Assembly: GCA_050950505.1 (NCBI GenBank)
Contig: JBMNHS010000001.1
Location: 128,001 to 192,000 of the forward strand
DNA: 64,000 bases
Origin: Candidatus Methanomethylophilaceae archaeon
GTDB taxonomy: Archaea; Thermoplasmatota; Thermoplasmata; Methanomassiliicoccales; Methanomethylophilaceae
Direction: 5' to 3'
Shown: positions 8,743 through 17,979 of the stretch, one piece after another
Position numbering within the stretch: the first letter of the stretch is position 1
Layout: every line of letters begins with the position of its first letter
The notes under the pieces: generated by a model
Told to the model about the DNA's origin: nothing
What the model saw: only the letters and a program-made list of their open reading frames with translations
Database searches by the model: none
Translations under genes and position numbers: made by a program

Positions 8743-9588
8743 TCAGAGCTTGACGGGCACTTTGTGCGCGTCGAGACCGAGTTCGTTGGCATCCATGCCC
8801 ATCGCAATTCCGTAGAGCTGCGAAAGGTGAAGCACCGGAAGATTGAATCCGAGTTCATCCTGGCTGGAGTCAAACTGCAGGTGGCAGAAGGGACAGACGT
8901 CCACGATGTATTCCGAACCGCCTGCAACCATGTTCTCAAGGTTCTCTCTGGTGTGCTTGAGAGCGAGTTCACCCTGACCGGATCTTACTCCTCCTCCCGC
9001 ACCGCAGCACATCATCTTCTTGACTCTGGGGACACTCGCAGCGCCGGTGGCCTCAACGAGCTCGTCGAGCATCGTGGGGTTCTCGGGGTTGTCGATGGTC
9101 TTGTGCTTGCTGGGCTTGAGGAAGTGGCAGCCGTAGAATGTGGCGACCTTGTAGTCAACGGGGTTGGTGACTGCTTCCTTGATCTTCTCGATTCCGACTT
9201 CCCTGTACAGAACATCAGCGAAGTGGAACACACTGACGGTTCCCTTGTATTCAAGTCCGATTTCAGCGAGAATCTTGTTGACTTCAGCAAGTTTCTCCGC
9301 ATCGTTGTTGAGTTCGTGAGCCGCATCGAAGAGCGAACCATAGCATCCGTTGCAGATGGTTACGATGTCCAGTCCCTTCTTCTCGGCCAGCGCAAGGTTT
9401 CTTGCGGCGGCGGCGAGCCAGGCTTTCTTGCTGAATGCCCTTATGACACCGGGTGCGGGGCAGCAGCTTGCGTCATCGAAATCGACAAGTTCGATTCCGA
9501 GCTTTTCGCAAACGACCTTGGTCGACTTTTCAATACCGGGGTATCTGAGGGGTGCGATGCATCCCAAAAAGAAAACGTATTTTGCCAT
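8743..9588 (-). CDS. hdrB: CoB-CoM heterodisulfide reductase subunit B
   Basis: FFLGC, SCCPAPG, ICNGC, FYGCH, CCGAGGG, CPFCHLQFD (two CCG domains). Confidence 0.96.
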   Translation of the reverse strand: MAKYVFFLGCIAPLRYPGIEKSTKVVCEKLGIELVDFDDASCCPAPGVIRAFSKKAWLAAAARNLALAEKKGLDIVTICNGCYGSLFDAAHELNNDAEKLAEVNKILAEIGLEYKGTVSVFHFADVLYREVGIEKIKEAVTNPVDYKVATFYGCHFLKPSKHKTIDNPENPTMLDELVEATGAASVPRVKKMMCCGAGGGVRSGQGELALKHTRENLENMVAGGSEYIVDVCPFCHLQFDSSQDELGFNLPVLHLSQLYGIAMGMDANELGLDAHKVPVKL

Positions 9589-9594
9589 ATGATA

Positions 9595-10092
9595 TCACTC
9601 CACAATCTTGTCGAAGCCAGCAGCATCCAGGATTTTCTTGAGGTCTTCCATTGCCTTGGGATTGTTGAGAACCGTGGGCGGCACGCCGGGGAGGCCGAGG
9701 GCTTCCCTCTTTGCTTTGACCTCATCGTTGAAACTCACGGAGTGACCGATTTCATGCAGGTTCTGCGCGGTCTTCTTGTGGTTGTCGAACATGTGACCGT
9801 CGGCGACAGCCATGTTCCTGAGGGAAATGATTATGTCGACAATGGGCACCTCGCGGGGGCACCTCTCCTCACAGGAGTAACAGGTGGTGCAATCCCACAA
9901 GCCACTACCGTCGGCAAAAATTTCTTCTTTGAGTCCGAGCTGCGTTTGCCTGATGATTTTCCTGATCCTGTAGGAAGTGAACCTACCGGAAGGACAGCTG
10001 GCAGTGCAGGTACCGCACTGGAAGCATAATTTGGCATCGGCGCAACCGGCCTCAGCCATTTCCTTAGCGAATTCTACGTTAGGTGTTGCCAT
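9595..10092 (-). CDS. hdrC: CoB-CoM heterodisulfide reductase subunit C
   Basis: CFQCGTCTASCP and CTTCYSCEERCP 4Fe-4S motifs; upstream of hdrB. Confidence 0.95.
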   Translation of the reverse strand: MATPNVEFAKEMAEAGCADAKLCFQCGTCTASCPSGRFTSYRIRKIIRQTQLGLKEEIFADGSGLWDCTTCYSCEERCPREVPIVDIIISLRNMAVADGHMFDNHKKTAQNLHEIGHSVSFNDEVKAKREALGLPGVPPTVLNNPKAMEDLKKILDAAGFDKIVE

Positions 10093-10124
10093 GTGTATTA
10101 CCTGGAAGTTGCACTATCTTGATT

Positions 10125-10174
10125 CTATATAATACAACATGGTCAACGGCGGTGAGTATTAACCTTTCTGTTAA
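10125..10174 (-). promoter_or_regulatory. hdrC promoter TATA plus palindromic operator candidate
   Basis: Minus-strand TTATATAG at ~10125-10132; TTAAC-N6-GTTAA at 10159-10174. Confidence 0.45.
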
Positions 10175-10179
10175 ACCCA

Positions 10180-10983
10180 TCATTCGATCTGTCTGGCAAT
10201 CAGCGCTTTGTTGAGTCTTGCGATGATTCTCGTCTCTTTGCGGTAAATCGAATTTATGGTGTGTCTCAGCATTTTGGGATCCACGGCACTCTTGAGCCTC
10301 AGTCCCCTTCTCACCAGCAAAAACTCATCGATGAAGAAACTTTTGTTCGATCCCAGCAGTTCCGGCAGGGAATATGTGACGGAATCTATCTTGTAGTCCC
10401 GGTCTTCGGAATCAAGATACATGTACGCAACCCTCTGTGCCCCGTATCTGTATTTTATGAAAGACGGGCCGTTGTCCACCATGACCATTCCCATGTAACC
10501 GACCTCGGTCCATTCGAACTCTTCCGCCTCGAAGAGATATAACGGATCGTCGAGCAACGCGTAATCCGCAAGACCTTCTTTCATCATTCTGAGATTGTTC
10601 TCATCATCAGATATTATCAGTTCCGCCTCGGTGAGTTTCAACGCGGACAACACGGACATCATAAGATCCTCGGTCACGGGGCTGCAGCAAACGGTGAACC
10701 TTCTGTCGTTCCTGCATCTGAGTTCGGCGGCGTGATGTTTGTCGATGATGGTCTGCCCGACTTCCGTCAGACGGGTCCCCATGGGAGTGGATTCGGTAAT
10801 CGGAACTCCGGCGGCGCTTTCAATCTGAGAAACATATTTGTGGACGGCGGGAACGGATATTTCCAACACGGAGGCGGCGGCGGTCATGCTGCCGTGCTTT
10901 CCCACTGCGGACAATACCTCGAGCTGCCTGTTGGTAACGGTCTTTCCGTTGATTACCTGATATGTTTCCGTAAAGATATCCAC
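10180..10983 (-). CDS. LysR/ModE-type HTH transcriptional regulator
   Basis: N-terminal HTH (GSMTAAASVLEISVPAVHKYVSQIE...LTEVG) plus a PBP-like C-terminal region. Confidence 0.8.
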   Translation of the reverse strand: MDIFTETYQVINGKTVTNRQLEVLSAVGKHGSMTAAASVLEISVPAVHKYVSQIESAAGVPITESTPMGTRLTEVGQTIIDKHHAAELRCRNDRRFTVCCSPVTEDLMMSVLSALKLTEAELIISDDENNLRMMKEGLADYALLDDPLYLFEAEEFEWTEVGYMGMVMVDNGPSFIKYRYGAQRVAYMYLDSEDRDYKIDSVTYSLPELLGSNKSFFIDEFLLVRRGLRLKSAVDPKMLRHTINSIYRKETRIIARLNKALIARQIE

Positions 10984-11064
10984 GTTCCAATCACTTCTTT
11001 GACGGTTTTAACCCTTGCGCACTGCGGAACGGTATTAATCCGATGAACCGTATCCCCGTTCCGA

Positions 11065-11550
11065 ATGACAGAGAAACTGAAAGATATCATTCTCGTGATA
11101 GGATTGGGAAGTCCGATTATGTGCGACGACGCCGTCGGACTGAGAATCGCCGAAGAAATCGAAAACATGAAAATCCCCGACGTGGAAACCCGTCAGGAAG
11201 CCATCGGAGGATTGGAAATTCTTACCGTGGTCAGAGGTTACCGTTACGTCATCGTCGCCGACTGCATTCAGACCGGAAGCGTGGAACCCGGCACCGTGAT
11301 GATTTTCGATCTTGAGGATTTTGATTCCACCGTGGTCCCCGCCTCCGCCCATGACTTCAATCTGGCCACCGCATTCGCCATCGGAAGAGACGTGGAACCC
11401 GATACCATGCCCGAAATGGTGAAATACGTGGCCGTGGAAGCGGCGGACATCCAGACGCTCAGCGAGACTATGACGCCGGCGGTCGAAGCCGCGGTGCCCA
11501 GTGCGGTGAGCGCGGTTCTTCACATTGCGGAACAGTTCCGTTCGTTCTGA
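11065..11550 (+). CDS. hydrogenase maturation protease (HyaD/HycI family)
   Basis: VIGLGSPIMCDDAVG, VIVADC, SAHD motifs. Confidence 0.9.
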   Translation: MTEKLKDIILVIGLGSPIMCDDAVGLRIAEEIENMKIPDVETRQEAIGGLEILTVVRGYRYVIVADCIQTGSVEPGTVMIFDLEDFDSTVVPASAHDFNLATAFAIGRDVEPDTMPEMVKYVAVEAADIQTLSETMTPAVEAAVPSAVSAVLHIAEQFRSF

Positions 11551-11552
11551 TA

Positions 11553-12818
11553 TCAGATATCAATGGGAATCGGATCTTTCAGTCCGTCGGTTTCTTTTCC
11601 GAGAATTACGGTGTTCAGGTAATCCGGACGGAGTGCTTCGGACGCCGCTTTCATTACGTCCTCTTCCGTGACCGCGTCGATGCCGGAAAGCTTTTCCTCG
11701 AGAACGTACAGGTTGCCGGTCAGCATGTATTCCCCCGCGACGGAGTTCATTCTGCGGGAGGTGGACTCATAACCGCGTATGATGTCGCCTTTTACCATTC
11801 TCTTTACCCTCTCCAGCTCCCCTTCCTCGAATCCTTCGTTGACGAAGGTTTTGATCACTCTGGACGTGGCGTCCAGGGATTTTACGACGTTTTCTGAAGT
11901 GGAGGACATGAACAGCCCGAGATAGGATGAGTCGGTTGCTCTGAGATGGGAGGAATAAACCGAATAAACAAGAGCGTTTTTCTCCCTCACTTCCTGGAAA
12001 AGTCTGGAAGACACTCCCGAACCCAATGTCGCCGAAAGCAGAGACAGAGGCATTGCATAGTCGGAATCGGCGGGTTCGCATACGGGAAATCCCAAAGCGA
12101 CCTGGTAATGGTCCGCGCTGTTGGAGACGAATCTGTATTTCGGTTCCGGTGCCACCGGCGGAGTGCGGGACGGTTTCGATCCCGCTTTCATGCCGTCAAA
12201 CTTTTCGGAAGCCCAGCTGACCGCGTCTTCCGCGTCGACGTCCCCGACGGCAAACACGGAAAGGTTCGGGGTTCCGTATCTGTCGGCATAATATTCGCGG
12301 AGGTCTTCGTAAGTCAGTCCTGCGACGATTTCTTCCAATCCCCCGGGGCCCTGTCCCGGCTCCTGGCCTTCCCACAGGGTGTCGCTGATCAAATCGTGAA
12401 TGTAATTTTCGGGATCGTTTCTCACCATGCTCAGTTCCTGAAGAACGATCTTTTTCTCCATCTCGGTGTCATTTTCGTTAATCAGGGGGTTTGCAATGAT
12501 GTCCGAAACCATTTCCTTGGCCACTTCGGATGTTTCGTTTATCGTTATCCCGTAGTATCCGGTGTATTCCTTGCCGGTGAACGCGTTCATGGCGCCTCCG
12601 GCGCCTTCGATTTCCTTGGACATCTGATACGAAGTGCGGGTTTTGGTGTGCCTGAACACCACATGTTCCAAAAGATGGGATATTCCGTGAACTTCTTTTC
12701 TTTCGTCCCTGGAACCCGTGCGGACCATCACCATGTATCCTGAGCTCCGGCTTCCGGGTATCGGATCCGTAATGACGGGAATTCCCGCTTCCGTGTGCAA
12801 AATGGATATTCTGCTCAT
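11553..12818 (-). CDS. M16 family zinc peptidase
   Basis: TGSRDE, HLLEH inverted zinc motif, NAFT, SSRLFQEVREK. Confidence 0.92.
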   Translation of the reverse strand: MSRISILHTEAGIPVITDPIPGSRSSGYMVMVRTGSRDERKEVHGISHLLEHVVFRHTKTRTSYQMSKEIEGAGGAMNAFTGKEYTGYYGITINETSEVAKEMVSDIIANPLINENDTEMEKKIVLQELSMVRNDPENYIHDLISDTLWEGQEPGQGPGGLEEIVAGLTYEDLREYYADRYGTPNLSVFAVGDVDAEDAVSWASEKFDGMKAGSKPSRTPPVAPEPKYRFVSNSADHYQVALGFPVCEPADSDYAMPLSLLSATLGSGVSSRLFQEVREKNALVYSVYSSHLRATDSSYLGLFMSSTSENVVKSLDATSRVIKTFVNEGFEEGELERVKRMVKGDIIRGYESTSRRMNSVAGEYMLTGNLYVLEEKLSGIDAVTEEDVMKAASEALRPDYLNTVILGKETDGLKDPIPIDI

Positions 12819-12869
12819 GTTGTTCCCCAATGTGAAATAGATTAATAGATTGGCGGTAATCGGTATACC

Positions 12870-13628
12870 ATGTCCGGGCTAAAAGTCATAAGATACGATG
12901 ATGAGAACCTGAGCAATGCCACCGCAATCGTGGGATTTCCCACTGTGGGCCTTGTCGGTTCGATAGTGACCAGCTTCATAATCAAAGAACTCGAAATGCC
13001 GGTTTTCAGAGGAATGGCCTCCGCCGACATGAGCCCGTACTGCATACTTTTGAACGGCGAACCTTACCCCCCGATACGGGTTCACGGATTCTGCCGTGAC
13101 GAGAACACGGAATCGGATTGCGGGGATTTGATGGTGGTCACTTCGGAGGTTGCCCCGAACGTACAGCAGTGCTATACGCTGACCGACGAACTTCTGGACA
13201 TGTTCGCGGATTACGGCATCCGGAGAATCATCTGCATCGAAGGCATACCGAGATTCAGTGACGAGGATCACATGTACGCCTGCGGAAGCACCCCCGCAGC
13301 CAGGGAAATCGTCGATACTTTCGGCGTGGAATCTTTGGAAAACGGGATGATAAAGGGTCTGACCGGAGTCATGCTGTTCGAAGGCAAGGACCGAAACATG
13401 GATGTGGTGACGCTGCTGTGTCCCGCCGACCAGAAGCTTCCCGATCCCCGGGCGGCGGTGGGAATCGTCGAACAGTTGGCGAAGGTGGTTCCGGAACTCA
13501 AGAACGTGGACACGAATCCTTTGGTCAAGGAAGCGGAAGAACTGGAAAAGCGTATTCTGTCCCATGCCCGGCAGAGTGAGGAAAACGATCCCGGGGCGTT
13601 GCCTTACGACCAACATCTGTATGGATAA
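12870..13628 (+). CDS. PAC2-family proteasome assembly chaperone
   Basis: GFPTVGLVGSI, PPIRVH, PDPRAA, L.KEAEELE, C-terminal LYG. Confidence 0.88.
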   Translation: MSGLKVIRYDDENLSNATAIVGFPTVGLVGSIVTSFIIKELEMPVFRGMASADMSPYCILLNGEPYPPIRVHGFCRDENTESDCGDLMVVTSEVAPNVQQCYTLTDELLDMFADYGIRRIICIEGIPRFSDEDHMYACGSTPAAREIVDTFGVESLENGMIKGLTGVMLFEGKDRNMDVVTLLCPADQKLPDPRAAVGIVEQLAKVVPELKNVDTNPLVKEAEELEKRILSHARQSEENDPGALPYDQHLYG

Positions 13629-13661
13629 TTGTTAAATCGAAGGTGCACATAGGTTTCGACG

Positions 13662-14135
13662 ATGAATCTTACACCTTCGAAATTCTTTGTTGCGTCGGGT
13701 TCCGCCACCAGTCCCGTTTCTTCTCTTAACGCCTTTGACAGGGCACTGATGAATGCGGAAATCGGGGAGCAGAATCTGGTGTGCGTATCGTCGGTGATAC
13801 CCGTGAACGCAAAACTGACCGAAAACCGCAAACTGCCCATGGGAGCCGTCACCCATTGTGTTCTGGCTCAGATGAGGGGGGTCGAAGGCGAGACGATTTC
13901 GGCCGGGATTGCATACGTCATGCGCAAGGACGGTCACGGAGGTTACGTGGCAGAAGGCCATCTCCACGGTTCAAAAGACTCCCTCGAAGAAGAACTCCGG
14001 AGCAAAATGGAAGAGATGGGAAGGATGCGCGGGGTTGAACTCGGCGAAATTGTTTTTGTCGTCGAAGAGCTGAAGATACCGAAAGGCGAATACGGTTGCT
14101 GCGTCGCGGCGCTTGTGTTCACGGAGTACGAATGA
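13662..14135 (+). CDS. pdaD: pyruvoyl-dependent arginine decarboxylase
   Basis: LNAFDRAL, NLVCVSSVIP containing the Ser-Ser self-cleavage site. Confidence 0.9.
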   Translation: MNLTPSKFFVASGSATSPVSSLNAFDRALMNAEIGEQNLVCVSSVIPVNAKLTENRKLPMGAVTHCVLAQMRGVEGETISAGIAYVMRKDGHGGYVAEGHLHGSKDSLEEELRSKMEEMGRMRGVELGEIVFVVEELKIPKGEYGCCVAALVFTEYE

Positions 14136-14572
14136 GCAGGTTTGCCGTCACTCCCTGCAATTGCGGAAAACTCAGGGTCATCGACCTGTCTTCCGATACT
14201 TCCGCCTGCCCTTACTGCGGAAGAACCGTAAACCACAGTGTTGTCAAAAAACTGTACGCGGACGAAGACCAGAAGGCGGTAAGGGACGCTTTGGCCCGGT
14301 TGACCGGTTTTGAAATGCCGAAGGAAGACCCGGAAATAAAAAAACGCATCGCGGAAGCCGATCCCTTCTCTTCCCTGGTGTACCGATACGAAGAATGCCG
14401 GGATATCGAATTCAGAATGGAACTTCTTGCGGAAGGCCTTACGGAACTTTACGGCACGTTTACTTTGGAAGACGTGAAAAGAGTGGATGACAAAGACGGG
14501 GAAAAAATTCTTAAAGCCATGATTGCCCAATGCGTGGTCTTCGAGCCGGAACCCGGACGTTACAGAGTCTGA
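14132..14572 (+). CDS. Zn-ribbon hypothetical protein
   Basis: ATGA overlap with pdaD; CNCG...CPYCG; C-terminal wHTH-like FEPEPGRY. Confidence 0.75.
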   Translation: MSRFAVTPCNCGKLRVIDLSSDTSACPYCGRTVNHSVVKKLYADEDQKAVRDALARLTGFEMPKEDPEIKKRIAEADPFSSLVYRYEECRDIEFRMELLAEGLTELYGTFTLEDVKRVDDKDGEKILKAMIAQCVVFEPEPGRYRV

Positions 14573-15292
14573 TCACTTCGGCAGGTCGTCCCGTCTGACT
14601 CCCTGTTGTCTGAGCACGGATCTGACGACTTCCGGAAGATCCGAGAATGCCGTTTTGTAAAGATATGCTGAAGACAGAACCAAGGCGCCGATTATTCCGA
14701 TAACGCCCAGAAGGGTTTCGGGATTCATGAACCAGGGGATCAGAATCAGGTGGAAAATCATGTTCATGAGCATCGCCTGCGAAGTGAATTCCAATATGCT
14801 CAGTCTGGCCACGCCTTCCCCGATGGTCAGGCCGGCGGAAGACAGCATCATGGTTTTCGACACTGTGTACGCAATCAGAATGGCATAATCGTAAGCGGTT
14901 ACGGCTCCTTCCAGGGACGAGGCCGCGGACGTCAGGTAGAATATCATTCCCACCGAAGCTGTGGCTCCGAAACCGAGTCCCAGGCCGTAACCGTAAAAGA
15001 CGGTGTCGGAATTTCCGTGGAACCTTTTCAGATTCATGATTACCAGCAATACCATGATTTCCAGTATTCCGAACAGCAGTGCGTTGATCACCACATTTCC
15101 CCAGAAATATGTGTACACGGCGAAAATAATCGTTCCGGCAATCATCCCCACGACGAACAGCCCGAAAAAGTACGGGTCACTGAAAAACGGTTTCTCCACG
15201 GCGGGATACGTGTACTTTCTGAGCACGGCATACATGAGAATCATTGCGGGTGCAATGCCTATCAGCGCCGCCAATCCGAAATTCAGGTCCAT
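14573..15292 (-). CDS. multi-pass membrane protein (PrsW-like, uncertain)
   Basis: About 7 hydrophobic helices, YGYGLGLGFG and MIFH segments. Confidence 0.7.
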   Translation of the reverse strand: MDLNFGLAALIGIAPAMILMYAVLRKYTYPAVEKPFFSDPYFFGLFVVGMIAGTIIFAVYTYFWGNVVINALLFGILEIMVLLVIMNLKRFHGNSDTVFYGYGLGLGFGATASVGMIFYLTSAASSLEGAVTAYDYAILIAYTVSKTMMLSSAGLTIGEGVARLSILEFTSQAMLMNMIFHLILIPWFMNPETLLGVIGIIGALVLSSAYLYKTAFSDLPEVVRSVLRQQGVRRDDLPK

Positions 15293-15323
15293 AACGAAAT
15301 CATATGTTTGTTACATATAATCC

Positions 15324-17234
15324 TTAGCGTTTTTTGTTTTCGGAATCTTCCATGAGTCTGTCGTAATAATGGATTACCATGCAGGACTTCTCGCAGGCTC
15401 CGCAGGAAGTGCATTTGGACGGATCCACCTTCATCCCTCCGGAAATCTTTATCGCATCGGATTTGCAGGCTTTTACGCATATCCCGCAGGATGTGCACAT
15501 CATCGCACGGACCATGGCTTTTACCGTTCTTTCGAAAAGTCTTTCCGTTTGCCTCATCGAATCGGACACCACGGAAACCTGACCGCCGCCGAAGACCTTC
15601 GCGGTGCCGTCTTTGTTGTTGACCACCGCTATTTCGAAATCCGGGGAGTATTTTGTCTTGCCCACCGTGGTCAACGCATCCGCCACATAGGAAAAATCGC
15701 GGTTTCTCGGCAGGGATATGACCGCTTCCGCAGAATAGCCTCCGGATTCGCACACCGACGCTCCTTTCAGAACATTCATGGAAATTCCGGATACGTCCGC
15801 GGGTGCCAGATGCAGATTCAACCGATCTGCGAGAAGCGTCATTTTGGGCGGCAACACCTTCCATCTCCAGAATCCCATGTCCGCATATTCGGCGGGAAGT
15901 TCTCTCTTTTCGGCGTATCCGTGAAGATAGGTTTCCCATTTTTCATACAAATCGGGATGGAGTCTTTCGGTGTTTCTCCATTCGCTTGACAGGCAGGAAG
16001 CACACAGATAGCACCCTATTCGTTCGAAATCGCGGTCGTACAGGGGGTTGTACTTCAATCCGTTCAACCAGATGTAACACCATACTTCCGCGGAACGCCA
16101 ATTCCGTATCGGGTTTACGTTGATTTGGTTGGGCACGAAAGGATTTTTTGACATCAGCGGAGTCCGTGAACGCGAAAAAGATTCCAAAGCCCTGTTTCCT
16201 TCCACGGTGACCGTTCCTTCGGGAAATTGCTTTTCGATGAGATTCGAAACCGGACCGAGCTTGCATACTTTGCAGCACCATCTGAAATCTTTTGCGGGGG
16301 GTCCGAAGGATTCCACGTTTTCCCAAAAAGCGTTGCCGGCTTCGGCAATGCGCAAATCGTAACCTCCCTCGCGGGCGAAGTCTTTCACGTATTCCGAAGT
16401 CTCGGGATATTCCAGACCTGTGTCGATGAATATCAGAACGGGTTTTCTCCTCAGTGCCTTTTCGGTCAGAGAGCATGCGACAAGGGAATCTTTACCGCCG
16501 GAGAAAGACACCGTGACTTCCCCTCCTCCCCGTGCCGAAGTCTGAATTTCGGACATTGCTATGGTTGTCATCTCCCCCATGTGCCTGCGGTTGGTTTCTA
16601 TGAATTCCCTGCGGCCGGAATCCGGGGAAAAAGGACGGTCGTTCCTGGGACTGAGATCCCTTATTTTGAATCCGCGTTTCGCGTCCTTCATCTCATGGGA
16701 CGGCACATGAGCCACTCCCGGTCCCACTTTTCCGGATCTTTTGACAATCAGAGATTCGCCCTCGTCAAAATCGCCGACTATTTCCCCTATCTTGTCTCCG
16801 GGCACGTTTTTGCCTTTGAGATGTCCGGACATTCCGGAGAAATGCACGATGTTTTTTGTCGCCTTGTCCGCGAAGAAATCCGCGCCGGGTTGGCGGAGTT
16901 CCACGACAAGTTTGTTGAGCTGCATATCGAATCTGAGAATACCCAGCACTTCCCCGTGGGCGATTATTTCATCGGTTCTGTCTTCCCCGGGCACTTTGTT
17001 GAAAAATACCGCTTTTCCGTCAATGGGTTCCGATGTGCCAAAGGTTTTCCTGAACACTTCCGCAAGTATTTCTTTGGCTTCGGCGAAACACGGGCGGATG
17101 TCGCCCGGGCTGTTTATCTCAAACCTTCTGCCTGCTGAACCGCATCCTGAACAGGATTGGCCCAGAATCAGCGTGCCGCAACCGTCGCACCAGTAAGCCG
17201 CCTCTTTTCCGTGAGCGGCGTTTGTTTGAGACAT
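15324..17234 (-). CDS. PAPS-reductase-family protein with Zn ribbon, PUA-like region and C-terminal 2x[4Fe-4S] domain
   Basis: SFSGGKDS PP-loop, DTGLE, RWCCKVCK, RIGCYLC, CTSCGICVKAC and CTSCGACEKSC; SD GAGGTGA before MSQTN. Confidence 0.85.
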   Translation of the reverse strand: MSQTNAAHGKEAAYWCDGCGTLILGQSCSGCGSAGRRFEINSPGDIRPCFAEAKEILAEVFRKTFGTSEPIDGKAVFFNKVPGEDRTDEIIAHGEVLGILRFDMQLNKLVVELRQPGADFFADKATKNIVHFSGMSGHLKGKNVPGDKIGEIVGDFDEGESLIVKRSGKVGPGVAHVPSHEMKDAKRGFKIRDLSPRNDRPFSPDSGRREFIETNRRHMGEMTTIAMSEIQTSARGGGEVTVSFSGGKDSLVACSLTEKALRRKPVLIFIDTGLEYPETSEYVKDFAREGGYDLRIAEAGNAFWENVESFGPPAKDFRWCCKVCKLGPVSNLIEKQFPEGTVTVEGNRALESFSRSRTPLMSKNPFVPNQINVNPIRNWRSAEVWCYIWLNGLKYNPLYDRDFERIGCYLCASCLSSEWRNTERLHPDLYEKWETYLHGYAEKRELPAEYADMGFWRWKVLPPKMTLLADRLNLHLAPADVSGISMNVLKGASVCESGGYSAEAVISLPRNRDFSYVADALTTVGKTKYSPDFEIAVVNNKDGTAKVFGGGQVSVVSDSMRQTERLFERTVKAMVRAMMCTSCGICVKACKSDAIKISGGMKVDPSKCTSCGACEKSCMVIHYYDRLMEDSENKKR

Positions 17235-17293
17235 TTCATCACCTCTGCGTTCAACATACTTCACATTTATAAACAATAAGCCGATGTTCGGAC

Positions 17294-17938
17294 ATGGACG
17301 GCAGATACAGCATAATCGATCTTACGCCGGGTTACGGGCACGGCAGATTCAGCCGTCTTGAACTGAAACACATCCTGATTTCAGTCATCGTTCTTTCTTT
17401 CGCGTTCACATTGGTGATGAAAAGAAACTGGTTGGGTTCCGGCAACGTATTGCTCGGATTTCTTATATTCTTCGCAATCAGTTTTTCGATAATATCCCTG
17501 AGTTTCATCCCTCATGAACTGGGACATAAGTTCGTGGCGCAGAAATACGGCGCATGGTCGGAATACAGAATGTCCGAAAGAGGATTGCTGTTTGCATTGC
17601 TGATATCCCTCTTCGGCTTTCTCATCGCGGCTCCCGGCGCCGTGTACATAAGAGGATACATAAACGAGGAACAGAACGGCAAAATAAGTGCCGCGGGACC
17701 TTTGGTGAACATCGTCATAAGCGCGGTTGCGATTGCGTTGTGGGTAACCTTCCCGACGGGCATCGTCGGAGTGGTGTTGTTCATGCTTGCATACATCAAC
17801 GCGGTTCTTGCTTTGTTCAACCTGATTCCGATTCCTCCGTTGGACGGATCGAAAGTCGTCAAATGGAACGTGGGGGTTTGGGTTACCCTGCTGGTATTGG
17901 GCGCATTGGAACTCCTGTTCGTGTTGGGGTTCTTCTGA
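17294..17938 (+). CDS. site-2 protease (M50) family membrane metalloprotease
   Basis: HELGH, AAGPLVN, NLIPIPPLDGSK. Confidence 0.92.
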   Translation: MDGRYSIIDLTPGYGHGRFSRLELKHILISVIVLSFAFTLVMKRNWLGSGNVLLGFLIFFAISFSIISLSFIPHELGHKFVAQKYGAWSEYRMSERGLLFALLISLFGFLIAAPGAVYIRGYINEEQNGKISAAGPLVNIVISAVAIALWVTFPTGIVGVVLFMLAYINAVLALFNLIPIPPLDGSKVVKWNVGVWVTLLVLGALELLFVLGFF

Positions 17939-17940
17939 AG

Positions 17941-17972
17941 AAATAAAAAATTATAAGCGGGCGGAAGCCCGC
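17941..17972 (-). terminator. terminator between convergent genes
   Basis: GCGGGC-GGAA-GCCCGC (17957-17972) with a T-rich tail on the minus strand. Confidence 0.65.
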
Positions 17973-17979
17973 ATGGTTT

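Noticed and set aside
8674-10029. 451-aa plus-strand ORF
   Set aside because: Antisense shadow of hdrCB, caused by rarity of TTA/CTA/TCA codons in highly expressed genes; no motifs.
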